A stretch of 64,000 nt of DNA from Paecilomyces variotii (GCA_004022145.1 RCNU01000012.1); one strand, 5' to 3'. Numbered from the stretch's first letter, positions 40,401 through 53,614 are shown. Notes: a model not told the origin generated them from the sequence alone. Numbers and translations are program-made.

Positions 40401-43400
40401 AAATCCTCGACTTTGCACCAATAAAGTGAGGCTGGGGAATATCGCTGTGGAAGAAGTGTCAGCCTAGAGCCTACCGGTAGTGTCCAAACGATATCTGTCT
40501 GGAAGGTCGAGCATTCAAGTGGACCGTATAAGCGGGAAATTGGCTATAGATGCCTAGTCATCAAGTCTAATTTCGAGTCTTGACGAACTACTGTCATTGA
40601 CGTGGAAACTCAACGAGCCACTTCTCCCACTTAGCGCTAGCTGCTCGAGGAGAACCGACCGGAAGGACGACTTGAACCTGCTCCGCCACGCTGGGAAGCC
40701 AAAAGCATGATGATCGAGAGCACTAGTGACCCAGGAAATACTAATTCTTGGGCTGTCAAAGTAGTTTGTTTCCCGGGCTTCCCAGGCAGTCATTTCACTG
40801 GCCACTAGACACATTTCTGTGGTCGAGATCATATGCGTATCCATGGTTCTAATCACTCTTATTTTGAATAATGCCTTATATTCGGCAACTCATTCCGGGT
40901 TATACCAGACTGTCCCAACATTAGGATTTGCGGGGTTCTGTTAGGTTGGAACATCCATTCTCTTCGAAAACAGTGTTCGGCCATGTAGCGATAGTTCACT
41001 AAGACGGTCTAGAGACCTCGCTTGCATGCATGGTCCATGTCATGCACGCGCCTGGGCCTTGAAGAGACATCGCGCTGACATGTTTCAATTCCCATCACGC
41101 AGTCTGACCTGGCCAGGTCTAAATTGCATTCTGCAAGCCATGAAAGCCACGGTTTTCCCCAGAAATATTGTCCAGTCGTGTTTGTATACATAATAATATG
41201 CCTTGGCAACAACTCTACTTGAGAAAAAACGGACATCGCCACATTCCAATACCATCTACCGCTTATTAGGTAGGTGGTTACGAGAGTGCCAGGTTTAAGG
41301 ATATATCTAACTGGGCCAGATGCCAAGGCAAGGTCTTCCCCGCTACAAGTCAGTATGTACGTACTATGTACTAAGCAACTGTGTGGAGGTTATCTAGCAT
41401 TTTTCAATAAGGTAGTTCGGACATGCTCGCACGCCCTGCATATGCAGGAAGGAGGACCTGCTGCCCGTACAGAGTCCGGTCAACTTCCCTGCGGACATGA
41501 GATGCATGCATCTTCTCCTGGCTTGTTCTCAAGTAGCACAAATCAGAGCCCCCAGGAATATCATCACAATTGTGGCTTTTATTTTCCCTGCTGAATACAA
41601 AGAGAGCACGCTGATTACGGAAAATCTTTCGACTCTCTTTTTTGTCAACGATGTGACATGTACCGTGTACGTCGACTCGCAGCTGCGGTGGCAAAAACTG
41701 ATACATGCCCGAGCATGTCCGCAGAGATCTCTTATCATTGATCGGTAATATTAATCAGTGAACATCTTACCTGGTCGTCGTCTGCCTTACATCTAGGATT
41801 CGTCAGCAGTTGGCTAACACGGGTCTAGATGATTCTCCTGTGTGCAGGGATCGCCAATAGCCATCTACTTTTGCTCCCGTCAGACATGATTCCATCCTAC
41901 TTTCTACTAATCTCAGTTCTTTACATCATCACGAACAACTATCCTACCAGAACATGCATGCTCAGTGATGATGCCATACTATGATTCTGCGTCCAGCCGC
42001 GAGGTTAATCCGCATACTTTGCTCTCCTTCCCTCTCTACAGATGGATATCCAGGCATATAAGTTATGTCTCTCTTGGGTATTGAGTGCTGGACATCACGA
42101 TGCTTCAGAGTGCAGCGCCACATGGCTTTATCTTGTCTAGTAGGATCTTTACCACACCGGGAACCCTATCTATAATTTATCGCCAGTCTGCTCCGGATGA
42201 GGAATGGAAATACTGCAAATATGCTCAAGCGCATGAGGAAATCCAGTGTTTGAGGCTGTTAGTCTCCTATCCCGAACGCGACTCACCTCTCGTGTATACC
42301 TCCTGAACTACGAGATGATGGTATTAATTACTGAGAGAACAGTTTGATATAGAGTATCGGATCACAATTACACAAGGTGAAATGCATTTTCTCATTCCTC
42401 CTTCTGAGGCCCCATCTCTGCAGGCACGGATTAAAGGTAGCACACTACTACAGATTAATGGGCATTGCTCACAGATAATGGCACACAGCAAGCATACTAC
42501 CGCGATCACAGGAATGGAAGCTCCGACGATACGACGACTCTTCTTGGAAGTATCCACGCCTGTAAATACTGGACAACCGGCTCAAAAGCAGAGAGCTTCC
42601 CTCCTAAACCATCAAAAGAAATGACCACGATTCTCATCTTCCCAAAGAGAATATTTACCACCCAAGAAACGAGGGACCAGGCAATTCAGCAGATACGTGA
42701 CAATGTGACATTCAGACCCCCAGCCCATGCAGGGACCAGCGAGCAGAACCTTAGGTTTGAAGGTCTATAGATCTTCCATTGTAGCATTCAGCTTAGCATC
42801 TTCTGCATCGGCAAGACGGTATCCACCAAATAAGCAGTACACAGGCCTTCCATCCCCTCGCTTAACCGTATCTCGGCAGTTGTTGAAAACACCAGCATGA
42901 CCGCACAAATACTGTACAAGTAGGTCAGAAGAAAGCTCAACGAAAGGAAAATCCAGCTCGAGAATGAAGCATTAGACTCTCGCTACCTGTATTAACATAC
43001 CTTTACGATTTCAGCATAGGATATCCCTCCTCCGTAATCGAAGTGAAGTATCTTCTTCCCATTTCCTCCCCGTAGATGAGTCGAAGTACTCCTCCATATA
43101 CTGTACGCCATCCTCATAAGTGGCCTCAAAAAGAATTTCCCGGAGACAAAGAAGAAGAAGTCATCTAGGACGGTATGAGATCGATCACTTTTCAATATGG
43201 TTGTGCGCTCCAGCTGCCTCAAATTTTTAAAGCGGAAGAGATCGGACTATCGTCTGTCTGGACTCTACAGAAGGATGGACGTCCGTCATCACTTTTCTGT
43301 TTGTTGATATCATTGTTATTCCTGCTTCTTATCAATTCGATATCTACTGGGAGACGACTGGCATTTGTTTTCTTTCTTTCTTTCCTTTCCTTTCCCAGAC

Positions 43401-45141
43401 CTCAGCTTTAGTTAGGGCTTTCGCTATTGGAGAAATCAATGCCATTTTTAAACCGAGCGTTACTTTTAAAATGGTGAACAAGTGAATCTTATCTGTATAT
43501 TGGAAATTACTTGGATCTTATAGTACCCGGAGGTTAGTGTCAATTTGAACTTTTGTTATAGTTATAACTGTATATCTCTTGTTATCCAGTTATTCACATC
43601 ACGTCTTGTCCAACCAAGCGAGGGTTTGCAAAAACAAGAGCAAAAAAGAAAAGAAAGAAAAAAAGAAGAGGGGAGAAGAGAACCTACAAGAAACAAAGAG
43701 TCATACTAAGAGCCGCGCAGGAAGATACACATACAATCCATACTCAATTCCATCCTCTTTTCCACCGCGCTCTAAACCAGCTCTCTCTCGAAGGCATAAA
43801 AGGAATGCCCATGAACCGAACTCAGGACCTTCACGACGACGTTGGGACTTGAAGATATAAGTAGGGTCCAGTTCATCATTGACGATGAGATGAATTTTCG
43901 AGATTTTCAATTTCTGTTAAGATATCCCGTGATTGTATACTTAGTTAGAAGGTCCTTGCTGGTAATTTATATTCGCCGTCCTCGAATATTCATAACATAA
44001 CTACAGTAAGTACTTAACGTAGTAAAGTCAGTATAGAACTAACCGAATCCATCTATATATGTTATTATTAATAATTAGTTAATAACAGTCCAGGAAGTAA
44101 CTAACTAATGACATTATGTCGAATCCTATAGTACGGAAGCAAGGTCTGACCTGGACGACTTGAATTGCTTGCTTGCTCGCCTCTAGGTCTAGGAGGGGGA
44201 TCTGATCCAATATTTATCTTGTGGCATACAAAAAAATCTAGTAGATCCTGGTAATCTAGTAATCTAGTGGTATTCCTATAATCAGGATTCAAAGAATCTG
44301 CCGCAAACGGATGATTGACAGATCACCTGGCGTTTGCTTTGTACGCCGACACATTATAGTTCTCAGCTGGAGTATGCAAAGGAGTAGTTGTACAGCCTAG
44401 ATTCTTGACTTAAGCGACCTTGCTGGAATGACACTTCGGAGATTGAAAGAAGAAGAAAAAGAAAAGGAAAAAGAAAAAAGAAAAAGACAGAACATTGCCC
44501 TGACGACCTACATTGCGCTTAGAATGTGGATGCTCCAGTTCATAGTTAATAAGTAACAAGTTCTCCCAAAATACATGTGTTTCCCCCTTGTCGGCTAGAT
44601 GATAGTGAGGGGGATGTGATTGTACAGTATTCTGGAATCAGACTACAAGCAAAGTTTACAGAAAAGCTTCGTGAACTATGTATATATCCCATTGCAGATT
44701 GAAATCTAATAACAGATAGCCACCCTGACCCATTGATTAAAGAACCTGACACCTAATGTTCTATGCAAATGAACAAAACTCACAGTAATAATGGTAATAA
44801 TGACAAGGACTGCTTGCAAAGCAGACGAAGTGCAATGTGGCAGCATCCAGACGGAAACAACCAATCCTTCCTCCTAACAAGATGTCAACCAGGGCTGCGC
44901 AGCCCCGGTGTGCCTTCATACTGAAAACGCGCGTTGTTGGACGCTAAGATAGCAAAATACCACCCCGTTGAATAGAAGAAACCAGGTCAAACGGGTGCAA
45001 TGCAAGACAACATCCAGGGAATCGTCTCAGAAAAGCGCAATATGTACATCCAAGGAACAGTGATAACAATACCACATATCCCCCAAGATCCTACGAGTCC
45101 ACTCGAAGATCTATAACCGGCGTGCGCGTCACCAGGCAAGA

Positions 45142-47331
45142 TCACCATGTCTCCTGCAGGGAAGTTAGTCATTGTAGCAAAATCTAATAAGACATAAAAA
45201 GGCAACTTACAGCAATGTACTGGCCAGCCTCCTTCTTCTGCTGCCAGAAGGAGTGCGCCTCCTCACGGTTGAGGTTACCCTTGGCCATGGCTACGTCGAC
45301 CAAAGCCTCCTCGACACCTTCTCCCATACCCTTGCTGCTGCCGCAGACGAAGATACGTCCATCAAGGGAGTTGATGACAAACCAGACCAGGTCTGCCTGG
45401 TGACGAACCTCTTCCTGGACATATCGACTCTCGCCGCGGCGGCTTTGAACCACCTTCTTCACTTTGTCTTCATGAACTCCCCATTCGCCACTGTACAGTT
45501 CATCCAGGAGAGAGTCACGAATACCCTGGAGCACCCAGACCTTGTTGGCGCAGTTGGCGGACTTCAGGCGTCTCTGGACGAAACCACGGAATGGAGCAAT
45601 GCCCACACCAGCACCGACCAACAGCATAGGACCGTCTGAAACGAACTCCCTGGCGAGCGGGTTGGCCATCAGGCCTCGGAACATAGGCACGTGAATATCA
45701 AGGGAGCGAGGGTCTTTACCCTCCCGTTCAGCAGCCATGACCTTTTGGGCAAGACGCTCCAGGAAACCGGATCCCACACCGGTCCTCTTTCCACCTCTCC
45801 AGTCGTCAGCCTCATGCACAGTAACGGCAATTTCAATTAGACGACGCGACTGCTCTCCCTTGACCGTCCGTGAGATTTGAGGGTCCTGAGAAAGAGAGTA
45901 GAATCGCGGCATAAGCTGGTTTAGGGCGGAGAGAAGGTAGTCGAGCGGCGGCTGGCTCGAGGGGAACGCGGTCAACAGCTGCGACAGCGTAATGTGGCAC
46001 CCGGTGCGGAGATCACAAAAAGCTCCCTGGCCCTGAGCTGAAGACAGATACATGAGAATCTTCTTCTCATTGGGCTCTGAAGCATATTCTGCAAATAGTC
46101 GGAAAAGAGGCTTGGTAGGCGGGTAACTGGTGATGTCCGAACACCAATTCAAGACCTCCCTTCGTGTAGTAACCAGGTCCCGCGGCTTGTCCTCGCCCCA
46201 AATCGTGGGCCAGCGACCCTTGGTGGTGTGCAGCGTGATCTTCTTGTCGCGGATAGCCTTAGGTATGCCGAGAAGGTCGAACACCATTTCCACTTCTTCC
46301 TCATTGTTCTTGGGGCACACCCCAATGGCTCCTCCAACGACAAAATCGACGTTTCCTCCTTCCTCGGGGTAGTCTGTCACGTCGATGTCGAAGTGGTAGG
46401 TGCGCTTCTCCGCACCCGGCCTGGTAAGCTCTCGCGCATGGTGAAGAGGCGCCCGGTAGACCTCATAGGGAGGATGGGGCTGGACGAATCTGGGAGGATG
46501 GTCCTCGGGAGTCGGTTTCATGTCAATGGCGCTGGCCGGAGCCGGAGAGATAGTGACTGTCTTCTCCGGCAGTGCGACAATGTTGGTCAACTCGCTGTCC
46601 AGACTCAAGTGGCCCAGCTTCAACCCCAAACTCTGGAAAGCTTTGTTCGTGGGCGGCACCACAGGATGGGCAGTAGAGCTAGAGCCATTATCCCTCAATG
46701 GCTGGCTCATGCAGCATCCGCCGCCGCAGCAAACTTTCTCGACCAACTGTGTACCTCCAGTGCCAACCTGTCCGAGGATTCTCTGCATGTCATCCGCATT
46801 CTGTGAGATGAGCACGGTCGACGCTCGTCGTCGACCAGGCTCCCTGGAGGGTTGCTTCTGTTCATCCCGTAGCTGCTCCAGGCCATCGTCTGACTGAGGC
46901 TCCGTCGCCGGGGTGGATGGAGCTTCCGAGTCACTCTCCGAAAGATTCACCGACTGCGACGACTGCGAGTCCGGAGAGGCGTCAAAGTTAGGGTCCGATA
47001 CTGTCAAATTGGGAATATCCCGCGGCTCTTCTGGAATCGGATTGTCTGGGTGCGAGGTCGAAGATTCTGGGACCGCAGAGCGATCATGCTGGCGGGTCAA
47101 CGTCGACGCCATCGCGGCCGACGACGGCGAGGGGGCTACCACTGCGTGCACTGCGTTCATTCCCAAGTCAGCAATGGCTCTTCCATGTCGCATTGAGTGT
47201 TCCTGAAGACTATCCCAGTTGTGATAGGGGTTCAATGCCCAGTGGTGCAGCGGTTCCATTGCTCCGGAACCTCACCAAGGGAACTGAAATTCTTGCCACC
47301 GCAGTATGGATAAAGAAAAAAACATACCCAT
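45142..47331 (-). CDS. FAD/NADPH-binding reductase of the CPR/methionine-synthase-reductase (FNR-like) type lacking the FMN/flavodoxin domain, about 651 aa
   Basis: RFYSLS, GVGSGFL, GAGVGIAPFRGF, YVQE, FVCGSSKGMG; last intron 45154-45210 gives the terminal ETW*. Proposed 4-nt first exon (ATGG, 47331-47328) and intron 47151-47327. N-terminus is low-complexity with a CCGGGCC motif. Confidence 0.88.
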
Positions 47332-48463
47332 CGAGCCGTGAGGTAGTCTTCTGCCAAAGACAAAAGTAGTCGTCCGTCTCAGAGGGAGTGAAGAGGATAT
47401 CCGCCGGGAGAGGAGGCGAGACGGTGCGGCGAACAATGTGACGGCTGGACGGAGGGAAGACACGGTGAGATCATATAGTTCAGCAAGGCCAACAGCGGGC
47501 GGAGAGCGGGAGCGTGTTTAAAATAGATTGGTGGAGATGGAGAAGACGGCAGCTGGCATCTAGAATAGGAGTCGAGTCAACGCTGGGGGGGGAAAACAGA
47601 AACAGATCCCGAAACGGAGAGAGAGAGAGAAGGTGTGGGATGAGGATGGAGTGTTGAATCCGACGGGATTCCTGGATGGGGCGAACGATGGCGGAATGGC
47701 GGGAGGTGGAGTGGGTAAGGCAGTTGTAATCAGTAATACGGAAAGAATAATAAATTACAGAAGACGCTGGAAAGTTAAGCAGAAACCCTTTTTTGCTTTG
47801 CTGGTACTTAACTTACTTAGTTACTCCAGATCGGGTGAAATACCTCGGTTGCAGAATATGCCTTCTGTTCACGCAGTCAAGTCATGCAAATGCAGCTGAT
47901 CATGTGGTGGAAGCCCTAGAGAACAAGGGAAAATGAATTAATAAATTATTAATTATTATCTAAGGGCAAAGTACAGAACAAATGCGTAATAGTGAATAAT
48001 ATCCAGACATTGGCCGCCCAAGCAGGTTCTTTCGACACTTTCCCCAGCCAAGCCAGCCTGTTCCATGGCTTCACTGTCATCTAACATAATTAATTACCAG
48101 TAACTAACTAGTAGTAGTAACTGCTAGAGTACGTTGAATTACCGATACCGCCACTCACGCTCGGTTCGCAGCCCGTTTGCCGCCCTGCCGAAGAAGACTG
48201 CAGCTGGCAGGAAACGGTGCATTTGGACTATCCATTATTGGGATCATTATTGGTCCACGATGGGCAAAGGTCCTCATCTTTTTTGCTGGAATGGGAATAT
48301 CAGCCCAGCTGGGATTTCTGTCTGGTATTACTACTATTTCCCCAGACAGAGTCCAGAGGAACGGCCGCGGAGAAAGGTAACCGAGCAGATGACCGGCAGC
48401 AGTTGGGCTGCCCATCACTGACAGACTTGCAGGCAGTATGTATTGACCAGGATATCTTAGCCC

Positions 48464-51424
48464 GATCAGATAATCGATGGCCGTCTCTTTCCCCATACCT
48501 ATGATTCTACAGTATCCTAACCTGGTGGCCAGAACAGGACATCGGCTGCGTTCCTAATCGCTACTATCCCCTGCACTACGGCCCAGTATTATTTCCCATC
48601 TTGGTCTCTCCAAGCGTCGTACGAACGCCAACTCGTTGGTGATAATAATAATTACCGACAGGCCGTTCCGGTTTGTATCCGTTGCTGTATTGGGACGAAT
48701 AATACATTAGCCGAGTCGGAAACCACAACGCCGGAAACGCTCGATACGCCACCCCAGCAAAAAAGAACAGGTATCTAATCAGATCGCCTCCCTTGCATTG
48801 CAGCACGCCCAAGACAGCTTGACAGCCCAAAAATGGAGAGGATGAATGAAAACATCGATCAGCAAGAGTGATTTATTTTTATCGCCCACCTAATCTGTCT
48901 GATGCAGCCGAGAGAATTGATTATTGTCGCGCAGGTTAGTTACATAGCCTTCCGAGACAGGCCCAGATCGCAGTCGGCCGCGGTGGACACGTGCGCGCCA
49001 CAATACCAAATCCGACGAAACGTTGACGAGCTGTCTGTCATCGCAGCGGATCAGATAAGGAGACAGGAGGAATTCCGCCGGCTCTGCCAACAGCCGAGTG
49101 GACTCACCGCGCAACACGCCATGGCCGTGAGAAGCAATGAATGACGGACTCACCGCTGGTTCTGCGGTAACTAACCATGATGTTTCTTGTCCAGGAAGAC
49201 GATCGTGTTAGATAGTTAGTCTAGCGGATTGCCAGGGAATCGTAAAATATCGTAATATCGTAATAATGGGCAAACTGGACCCCGAAGGCCTTTTTTCGGT
49301 GGTCGCAGGGCAATGGTGGGGCTGGCCGATGTCGGCTAGTTCAGCCCCACGGAAGGATCATATCAGATTAGACCGTCGCTCCCGACCCTGTGGTTGGGAT
49401 GCGCCTAGAGTTACAGACGGGCTTGATACAGCTACTTGTTCGTCGTACGACTCCATACCTCCATAATAATGGAGTCGCAGAAGGCTGAGAAGCCCATTTT
49501 CTACTCCACCACGCTAGAATCCCAATAGTAGCTCCAGAAGAAGATCGAGTTAGCTAAAGCAATGCGCTACATGATCCTGGGAACATCCGCTCTTCCCCGG
49601 TTCCAAATTCCCGGGGCGCGTGCTGATCATCAGACACCGGAACGTTCGCGCCAGGAAGTAAGTATCTATCGTAGACATGCGGAAAAAGCAAAAAAAGTGA
49701 CAGCCAACATGCGGGGGATGGATATGACATTGGACATATCACGGAAGTAAATTACCAGGGGAGGTCCCGTCATTTGCTTTCCTCGGGCTGACCTGACTGA
49801 GACACATATTTAATGATCTGACTGGGTTGTTCGACCCTTCCCAGCAAACAGATGGCCGACTAGCAACAGACACGGAATGGAGACTGACGCGGACGGCATC
49901 TTCTTCCAATATTGCGATCCTGGTTCGTCATGATCGTCCAGGGCTATGGTATGGAGTATCTAAGTAAATTAATTAATTACATCCACCCAGAGACCCAAAC
50001 GATGCCAAGGCGACGCAAGAAAGGGGCCGGTCGTTTGACAGCCTCATTGTCAGGCTTCAGCCTCCAGCAAAGTTATCTGATCGTGCTAATCCAGGACGGG
50101 AAACAGTCGAATGGCGCTGATCGGACAGGGATAAGAGCCATCTACGGAGTAGTCAAACATCAACAAGTATCCAGTCATCTTGCCCCTTGTCACCCGATCG
50201 AAGTCGATGGTCAGGGAGAGAATCATCCCCCTTTCCTTCCCTTACCGACCTGTAGAGTTAATTCGCTTCGACTGTCTGACGTGGACACTGTCCTCGTGTT
50301 GTCGCGTCTTTCGATCTTTTTGTTTACTCTCTGTATGACTCCCAGACGCGGTCAATCTTGCATTAGTACCTCTTTGTTTTCTTTTGCCTCCTTGGTTCTG
50401 GCCGGGGGACGATCATCCTAGACTAGGAGAAACGTTGCAGCAGAGTAGACTAACTACTGTCGAGATCCCCAGCGCTTTAGAACAGTCCCAATGTCTCGCA
50501 GGAAACTTTGAAGCAAGCGATATACTTGTCAACAACTTATTATTCACTCCATTCAACCATTCATATCAATCAACCCTACAAGAATTACAAATCCCTATCC
50601 CTTTCACATCACCAAAAGGAAAGTACCTAAAACCCACATATTCTCCTCGCCCGTATCGTGTCACGTAACACAACGGCATCGAGCATATAAATCTTCCTGC
50701 GAGATCAGCCCGATACTTTACTTTTCTTTTTTCTCTCCACTAGGAGCAAGAATTGATATGATCAAGCCACGTGTCGCGCCTTCTCTCACATCACATCACA
50801 TCACAACCATGTCATTTGCGCTACGATTCGATGCGCGGATTGAATTCAGAGATTCTATCAGTCCTCTTTTTTTTTTCTCCCTTTATTCGAACCCTCTCGT
50901 AGGGACTGAAATGGAAAAAAATTGAAACCGTCCTTTTTCTCAGCGCTTATGGTGCTATGAGCTGGATATTCAGCCAGCCCTCTTTGCCTGTAGTCTACAG
51001 AAGAAAGAGGTTAAATTGCCATAATACCAACCGGATCCCGTTCTGCGAACATAAGTAATTAATTACTGTAGTTTCTTCCAGCCATATCTAACTAACATGA
51101 GATAACTACCTACCTATCCAGCTATACACGAAAATGTCTCTCTTGGGCATCAATACCAACCTCAACGTCAACATAAATATAAACACGTATTTTGTATCTT
51201 CACTAGTTAGTCGATGGATGTCCTCCTTTCCTTTTTTTTTTCATGTCTACCCCTCACAACGCCATGAATTGTTTCCGGAAGATCAAGGATCACCCTGCAA
51301 CGTAACTATAACTAATTTACGTCGCGTGCATATCATATCTTATCAGATCGTTCTTATTTCTCGATATGTGTCCCACTTTATACAGCATAACACGCTAGGC
51401 TATGCTATGTGTCTTTATCAGATC
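48464..51424. promoter_or_regulatory. Cluster of five GATCWGATAA sites matching the SreA-type GATA consensus ATCWGATAA, upstream of the reductase
   Basis: ATCAGATAA at 48465 and 49050; TTATCTGAT at 50073; TTATCAGAT at 51340 and 51415; one-mismatch variants (ATCWGATTA) at 48776 and 49362. Confidence 0.65.
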
Positions 51425-51551
51425 TTGATGTGTAGGTGGGGGTAAGTAGTTAGTTAACTAGTGCAGTTTTGCCAACACATGCATGCTGGTTTTTTACTCA
51501 TCTTTTGTATTATGTGGAAGGCTGAAGGAGGGGTATATCTATGTTGTGTGG

Positions 51552-51612
51552 GTTGTTGTTGTTGTTGTTGTTCTTTTCTCGTCACTTTGCATATGTATGT
51601 ATGTATGTATAT
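51552..51612. repeat. Adjacent (GTT)n and (TATG)n microsatellites
   Basis: About 7 GTT units at 51552-51572 and a TATG run at about 51592-51610. Confidence 0.7.
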
Positions 51613-52044
51613 GCCTATGCGTTAGGAGCTAGGGATGTGGGAAGGAAGGACGTCATGCATTTGAGCTACATCAACAGGGGATAAATTTAGAATCAGAGTA
51701 CTGTGGTATGCCTTTTGTTTTTACGTGTTCTAGAGTTCTATGATACATACGCTGTACAGCATGGGTCGGAAATATCTCCCAGTGTCGGAAAAGGGGATCC
51801 GGATGTTGATCAATTGCATCATTACTATTGATGCATCGTACTCGATGCATCTTGATGAGGCTCGACTTGAGCCCTCCATATCTCTCCAATGGAATCTATT
51901 GCTCTTCTGAACTTGTGTCTTCGTCATGGGAGTGATTGAGGTTTCCCCATAAAAGTTATCGTGGAAGATATTGAATGCGCAAAACCCTATCGATGGACGG
52001 CTTATTTATTATCCAGTCCTCCTGAAATAGGCCATGTTAGGAAG

Positions 52045-53614
52045 TCAGGCAGGTCTGACTTCAATAATCAATTTATTGCTCCTAGGCGAACCGAGATTGG
52101 AGTCTTCCTGCTCGATCCCTTCATCGTCCACGATCGTAGTCGTGTAATTGGTGTATATGGCAGCAACTACCAGTTTGATTTCTAGAAAAAATCAGCATAT
52201 CTTTTTTTCTTTTTTCTCTCTCCTTTTTCTGAAACAAAATTCACATACCCTGCAAAGCGAAATCCTTTCCTAGACACATGCGCTCCCCGTTGCTGAAAGC
52301 CCAGAAGAATCGTCTCATATCCTCTGTAGGCTCGAGCCATCGCTCTGGCAGCCATCTTTCAGGGTCTGGAAACGCATCTGGGTTCCTGTGCAGGATGTAC
52401 GCCGAAGAGCTCACTTTGACTCCGCCTGGGATTCCTTCGTAGCCTTCTAGCGTGGTATCTATCGTCGATGGTGTCACCCGGCGTTGTAGGCCCGGGACAG
52501 CGCAATGCAGGCGAAGAGTCTCCTGTACAATGGCATTTAGTAATGGCAGGGCATTAATGTCTCGTGTCGGGGGCAGACGAGAGGAGTCATCATCTTTTGA
52601 CCCCAAAGGCTGCGAAGGGTAACTCAGTGCCGGCAGGAGACCTAGCAGTTCCTGACGCAGACGCGCTTGAAGGCTCCGGTCCCGAGACATCTGCCATATG
52701 AGGTAGGTAAGTGTAACACCTGACTTCTCAACACTTGCGAGTAGGTGACTGAGCATCTCAGATGCAATGACCTGCCTCATTGGTGTAAACCCCAAATCCA
52801 TACTTTGTAGACCCTCAGAAAGTCGCTTATATACCACCGGGTCAGTCTCGATTCCATGTATCGGATTCTCTCTTTCACCATTCTCTGCGTGCAGCCACGC
52901 TCCCGTCTTCTCGCATAGTGAGAAACAGAACCTCTCGATCTCAGTCCATAGCCGATCTCTCGGATCCTGCCTCTTGAATATCGAATAGACACCAAGCCAG
53001 TGATTCCTGTATTCTTCATGCCGAATAAAATCTGTGCCATTGGCAGCTCCAAATAAATATCCCGACATAAAGTCCATACTCGCAGCCTGCATCAAAGAAA
53101 GCACATTGACCGGTGTTTTGCTCTGTGCCAACTCTTCTAGGGCCGGCAGGAGCTTATCCAGAACAATACTGGATGAGGTGATGCGGAAATCCCTTGAGCT
53201 TTGCAAATATGACTTAGAGTATACATTCGCGAGAATATTCCTCCGCAGAGAATGCGGCGTATACTCCATCATGCTCACGAGGTTTTCCATCCCAAAGTGC
53301 TTGAGAACATCGCGATACCATCGGTCCTTATCAAAGGCACCCTTGTAGATAATTTTCAACCCACGTACTGAGTTGACACTGAGTTCATTTGGGCCCAGTC
53401 GGACTATAGTCCCATGTCTCTGGTGAAGGGCATGTATTGTGCGAATCTCCGTACCGCAGCGCCTCTTCCACCATATCCATATCGGTAGGACGGGCGCGGT
53501 GAAGTGAGCATTCGGGATTTTAGCCAGAGGAGAGATATATACCGGATAGATGACGTATTTGAGGAGAAACTGGAGGAAGAAGAGGATAGTAGCTAAGACT
53601 CCCACAGCAAACAT
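52045..53614 (-). CDS. Cytochrome P450 monooxygenase, about 500 aa
   Basis: N-terminal TM, SPLAKIPNAH, VRLGPNELS, ETLR (ExxR), PERW, heme motif FSNGERMCLG; intron 52182-52248 joins the last exon EIKLVVAAIYTNY. Confidence 0.92.

Noticed and set aside
46228..46806. Long antisense or alternate-frame ORFs over GC-rich genes (also 8440-8928, 17851-18390, 59525-60443, 62749-63234)
   Set aside because: Shadows of real coding sequences caused by codon bias; no domain features.
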